Shown here one piece after another: positions 62,198 to 64,000 of a stretch of 64,000 nucleotides of DNA. The stretch covers positions 3,983-67,982 of the forward strand of contig JAUNIO010000001.1 of the NCBI GenBank assembly GCA_030535355.1. The letters are read 5' to 3'. The stretch's first letter is position 1, and each line of letters starts with the position of its first letter. This DNA comes from a bacterium. Its GTDB lineage: Bacteria > Vulcanimicrobiota > Xenobia > Xenobiales > Xenobiaceae. The notes beneath the pieces are model-generated. The model did not search any database. It worked only from the letters and a program-made list of their open reading frames with translations, and was not told the origin of the DNA. A program made the position numbers and the translations under genes.

Positions 62198-63196
62198 ATG
62201 TTCAAAAATAAGCTGCCGCTACTGTGCGTCACTTTAGCTGTGGGCGGATGTCTCCTGGGCGGTCTCGAAGCAGCCCAGGCGCAGGGAGCCACTGAAGAAA
62301 TTCCTGAACAGATTTACGACATGCGCGGCGATGACGGAATCCTAGAGAATTTTCGCCCTACAGGAGTGAGTTTTTTAGGAGCCGATCGCGTTTTAGTGTG
62401 CGACGGATCAGATCAGCGTCTGCACATTTTCGATACTCAAGGCCGGCGCTTCAAACGGCTGAACGTACCGATTATTCTGCCCAACCCCGATTATGCGGGT
62501 ATGGCGCAGCTGAGCCAAGATAACTATTTGGTTATCGGCAGTCATTACCATATCAACAATTACGCCCGTTTCCTCAACAACCGCAGCGTTATGCATCTAT
62601 ATACTCTGCGCGGTGAAATAGTTACAGGAGAATCGGCTACCAAAGATTACGATCCCATCGTTGCCCTGCGCAAAACCGGTTTTTGGGGAGATTACGCTCA
62701 GCGCCATATGCGCGTAGATGGCATAGCTACGGCTCCTGAGGCCAACAAGCTGTACATAGCTCTTTCTCAGCCCTTAGAAGAGGACGGCTCGGTCTTAATT
62801 TACGAAGGCAATCTGGAGGAGATCATGGCCTGCGATAAACGCGCCAAGCTCAGCCAGCATAATTACGGAATTTATCCCCGCGTAGATGAGATTACAGAGC
62901 AGCCTTATCAGATAACCGATATCTGCCACGTTCCCGAACGGGGGCTTTTGATTCTAATGGCTTCCGTCAAACACGGCGGTTACACCTTCGGCTCCAATCA
63001 GCTCTGGTTCAAGCCGGACGACAGTGAAGAGGCTTACCTGCTGGCTGAGGATATAGCTCCCGGCAACTTTGGCAGCGGCATCGCTGTAAGGGCCAACGAC
63101 AGCGGCTCATACAATATCGTTATTACTTTCGACAACGATACCGGCAAAACCAGTACGCCAGCGCGTATGATGCTGTTGGAGAACATAAACTTCTGA
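62198..63196 (+). CDS. Secreted protein/lipoprotein, unknown function
   Basis: ORF-track 62177..63196. ATG 62198 (MFKNKLPLLCVTLAVGGCLLG.., signal peptide with possible lipobox) has AGGGGAG 6 nt upstream. Confidence 0.5.
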   Translation: MFKNKLPLLCVTLAVGGCLLGGLEAAQAQGATEEIPEQIYDMRGDDGILENFRPTGVSFLGADRVLVCDGSDQRLHIFDTQGRRFKRLNVPIILPNPDYAGMAQLSQDNYLVIGSHYHINNYARFLNNRSVMHLYTLRGEIVTGESATKDYDPIVALRKTGFWGDYAQRHMRVDGIATAPEANKLYIALSQPLEEDGSVLIYEGNLEEIMACDKRAKLSQHNYGIYPRVDEITEQPYQITDICHVPERGLLILMASVKHGGYTFGSNQLWFKPDDSEEAYLLAEDIAPGNFGSGIAVRANDSGSYNIVITFDNDTGKTSTPARMMLLENINF

Positions 63197-63663
63197 TGGC
63201 CTCGCAAAAACGCCACAGCCGCCCTTGGTACGAGGAAGGTTTGCGCTTCGAATGCCAGCGCTGCGGAGGCTGCTGTTCCGGGCCGCCCGGCTACGTAGAG
63301 CTAACTTCCGAGGAAGCGCTGCACATGGCCCAATTCCTGGGAATCAGCCTCGGCGAGTTTCAGGAGCGCTACACGCGCACAGAATATATGCCGCGCTGGT
63401 ATCTCAAAGAAGTGCCTTCAGAGTTCGGCTTTGACTGTATCATGCTAGAAAGGGATTCTGAGCCACCCTACCTAGCCGGATGCAAAGTCCACAAATGCCG
63501 TCCGCAGCAATGCCGTACTTGGCCTTTCTGGCCTTCAAATCTGCGCAGCGCCTCCGCCTGGGCCTCACATGCTCAGCAATGCCCAGGATTTAACTGCGGG
63601 CCTCTGTTCAGCTTCTCTGCCATAGAAAGGTTAAAAAATCAAAGCGGCCTCGAAGATTTATAA
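63196..63663 (+). CDS. YkgJ/UPF0153-family Fe-S or zinc-cluster protein
   Basis: 155 aa. CQRCGGCC (the CxxCGxCC family signature) plus further Cys pairs. The start overlaps the upstream stop (ATGA-type coupling). Confidence 0.6.
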   Translation: MASQKRHSRPWYEEGLRFECQRCGGCCSGPPGYVELTSEEALHMAQFLGISLGEFQERYTRTEYMPRWYLKEVPSEFGFDCIMLERDSEPPYLAGCKVHKCRPQQCRTWPFWPSNLRSASAWASHAQQCPGFNCGPLFSFSAIERLKNQSGLEDL

Positions 63664-63744
63664 AGGAAGACATAAAAAAGCGCACTTCACAGCGAAGAGC
63701 GCTTTTTTATATCTCAAAGAATTAGACAGGCGGCAGCGTCCGCA

Positions 63745-64000
63745 TTATATCCAGATATGCTTGGCGTCTATGGACATATCCCAATCGCGCCCACCATGCA
63801 CTTTGATGATAGCTCCTTTGCAGGCATAATCAAAAAAGGAACTCCAGTCCATAGTTTCATCTTTAAAACTGCCGTCTTCCAAAAATATGCGGTGTGTCAT
63901 GACGGTATTAGTGTTAACATAGACCCAGTTCTGACGCCGATCAGGGTCAGCATCGCGCAGACACACCCCAAGGCGCAGTCTGCTGCGATCAACGTGAGTA
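63745..64000 (-). CDS. Hypothetical protein, 5'-partial (frame open to right window edge)
   Basis: The ORF-track lists 63745..63966 from an internal Met. The frame continues open to position 64000, so the real start is probably outside the window. Confidence 0.35.
   Translation of the reverse strand, partial: THVDRSRLRLGVCLRDADPDRRQNWVYVNTNTVMTHRIFLEDGSFKDETMDWSSFFDYACKGAIIKVHGGRDWDMSIDAKHIWI

Overview
The 64 kb window comes from a bacterial chromosome whose gene order looks Firmicutes-like: S14 is the zinc-binding type Z form, and rplQ is followed by ecfA-ecfA'-ecfT-truA. By eye the GC content is moderate, roughly 50%; I could not compute it.

The right two-thirds (about 32.0-60.7 kb, minus strand) is a continuous core block: rpoB, rpoC, rpsL, rpsG, fusA, tuf, the S10, spc and alpha ribosomal-protein operons, and rplQ. 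It carries recognisable sigma70-like internal promoters and intrinsic terminators. infA and rpmD are missing, and rplJL is not found upstream of rpoB. EF-Tu, RpoB and S12 carry Cys-rich or other insertions.

Between the fused ecfAA' gene and ecfT sit two large paralogous genes, at 25.9-30.1 kb. Each encodes an N-terminal glycine-zipper hydrophobic segment followed by long arrays of RTX-type GGxGxDxUx calcium-binding repeats. These look like an insertion into an otherwise conserved array and are my main candidate for something undescribed.

The left third (0-22 kb) is accessory-like. It holds a giant Big_2-repeat lipoprotein, an Hsp70-superfamily ATPase with an unknown 400-aa C-terminal domain, a zinc-ribbon protein, a Hanks-type Ser/Thr kinase, squalene-hopene cyclase, a redoxin with a low-complexity insert, a TrkH/KtrB-type K+ transporter, a J-domain/TPR protein, hutU, a RodA/FtsW-family protein and a long-form dCTP deaminase.

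A family of 50-110 nt intergenic repeats is scattered through this region in one orientation, with at least six copies. Each copy lies upstream of a plus-strand gene and contains conserved hairpins. The one tRNA in the window, tRNA-Pro(CGG), has its own promoter and terminator. A GapR/DUF2312-like gene follows it.

No rRNA, CRISPR array or obvious transposase was found. All coordinates derived from my own base-by-base reading may be off by 1-2 nt; boundaries taken from the ORF track are exact.
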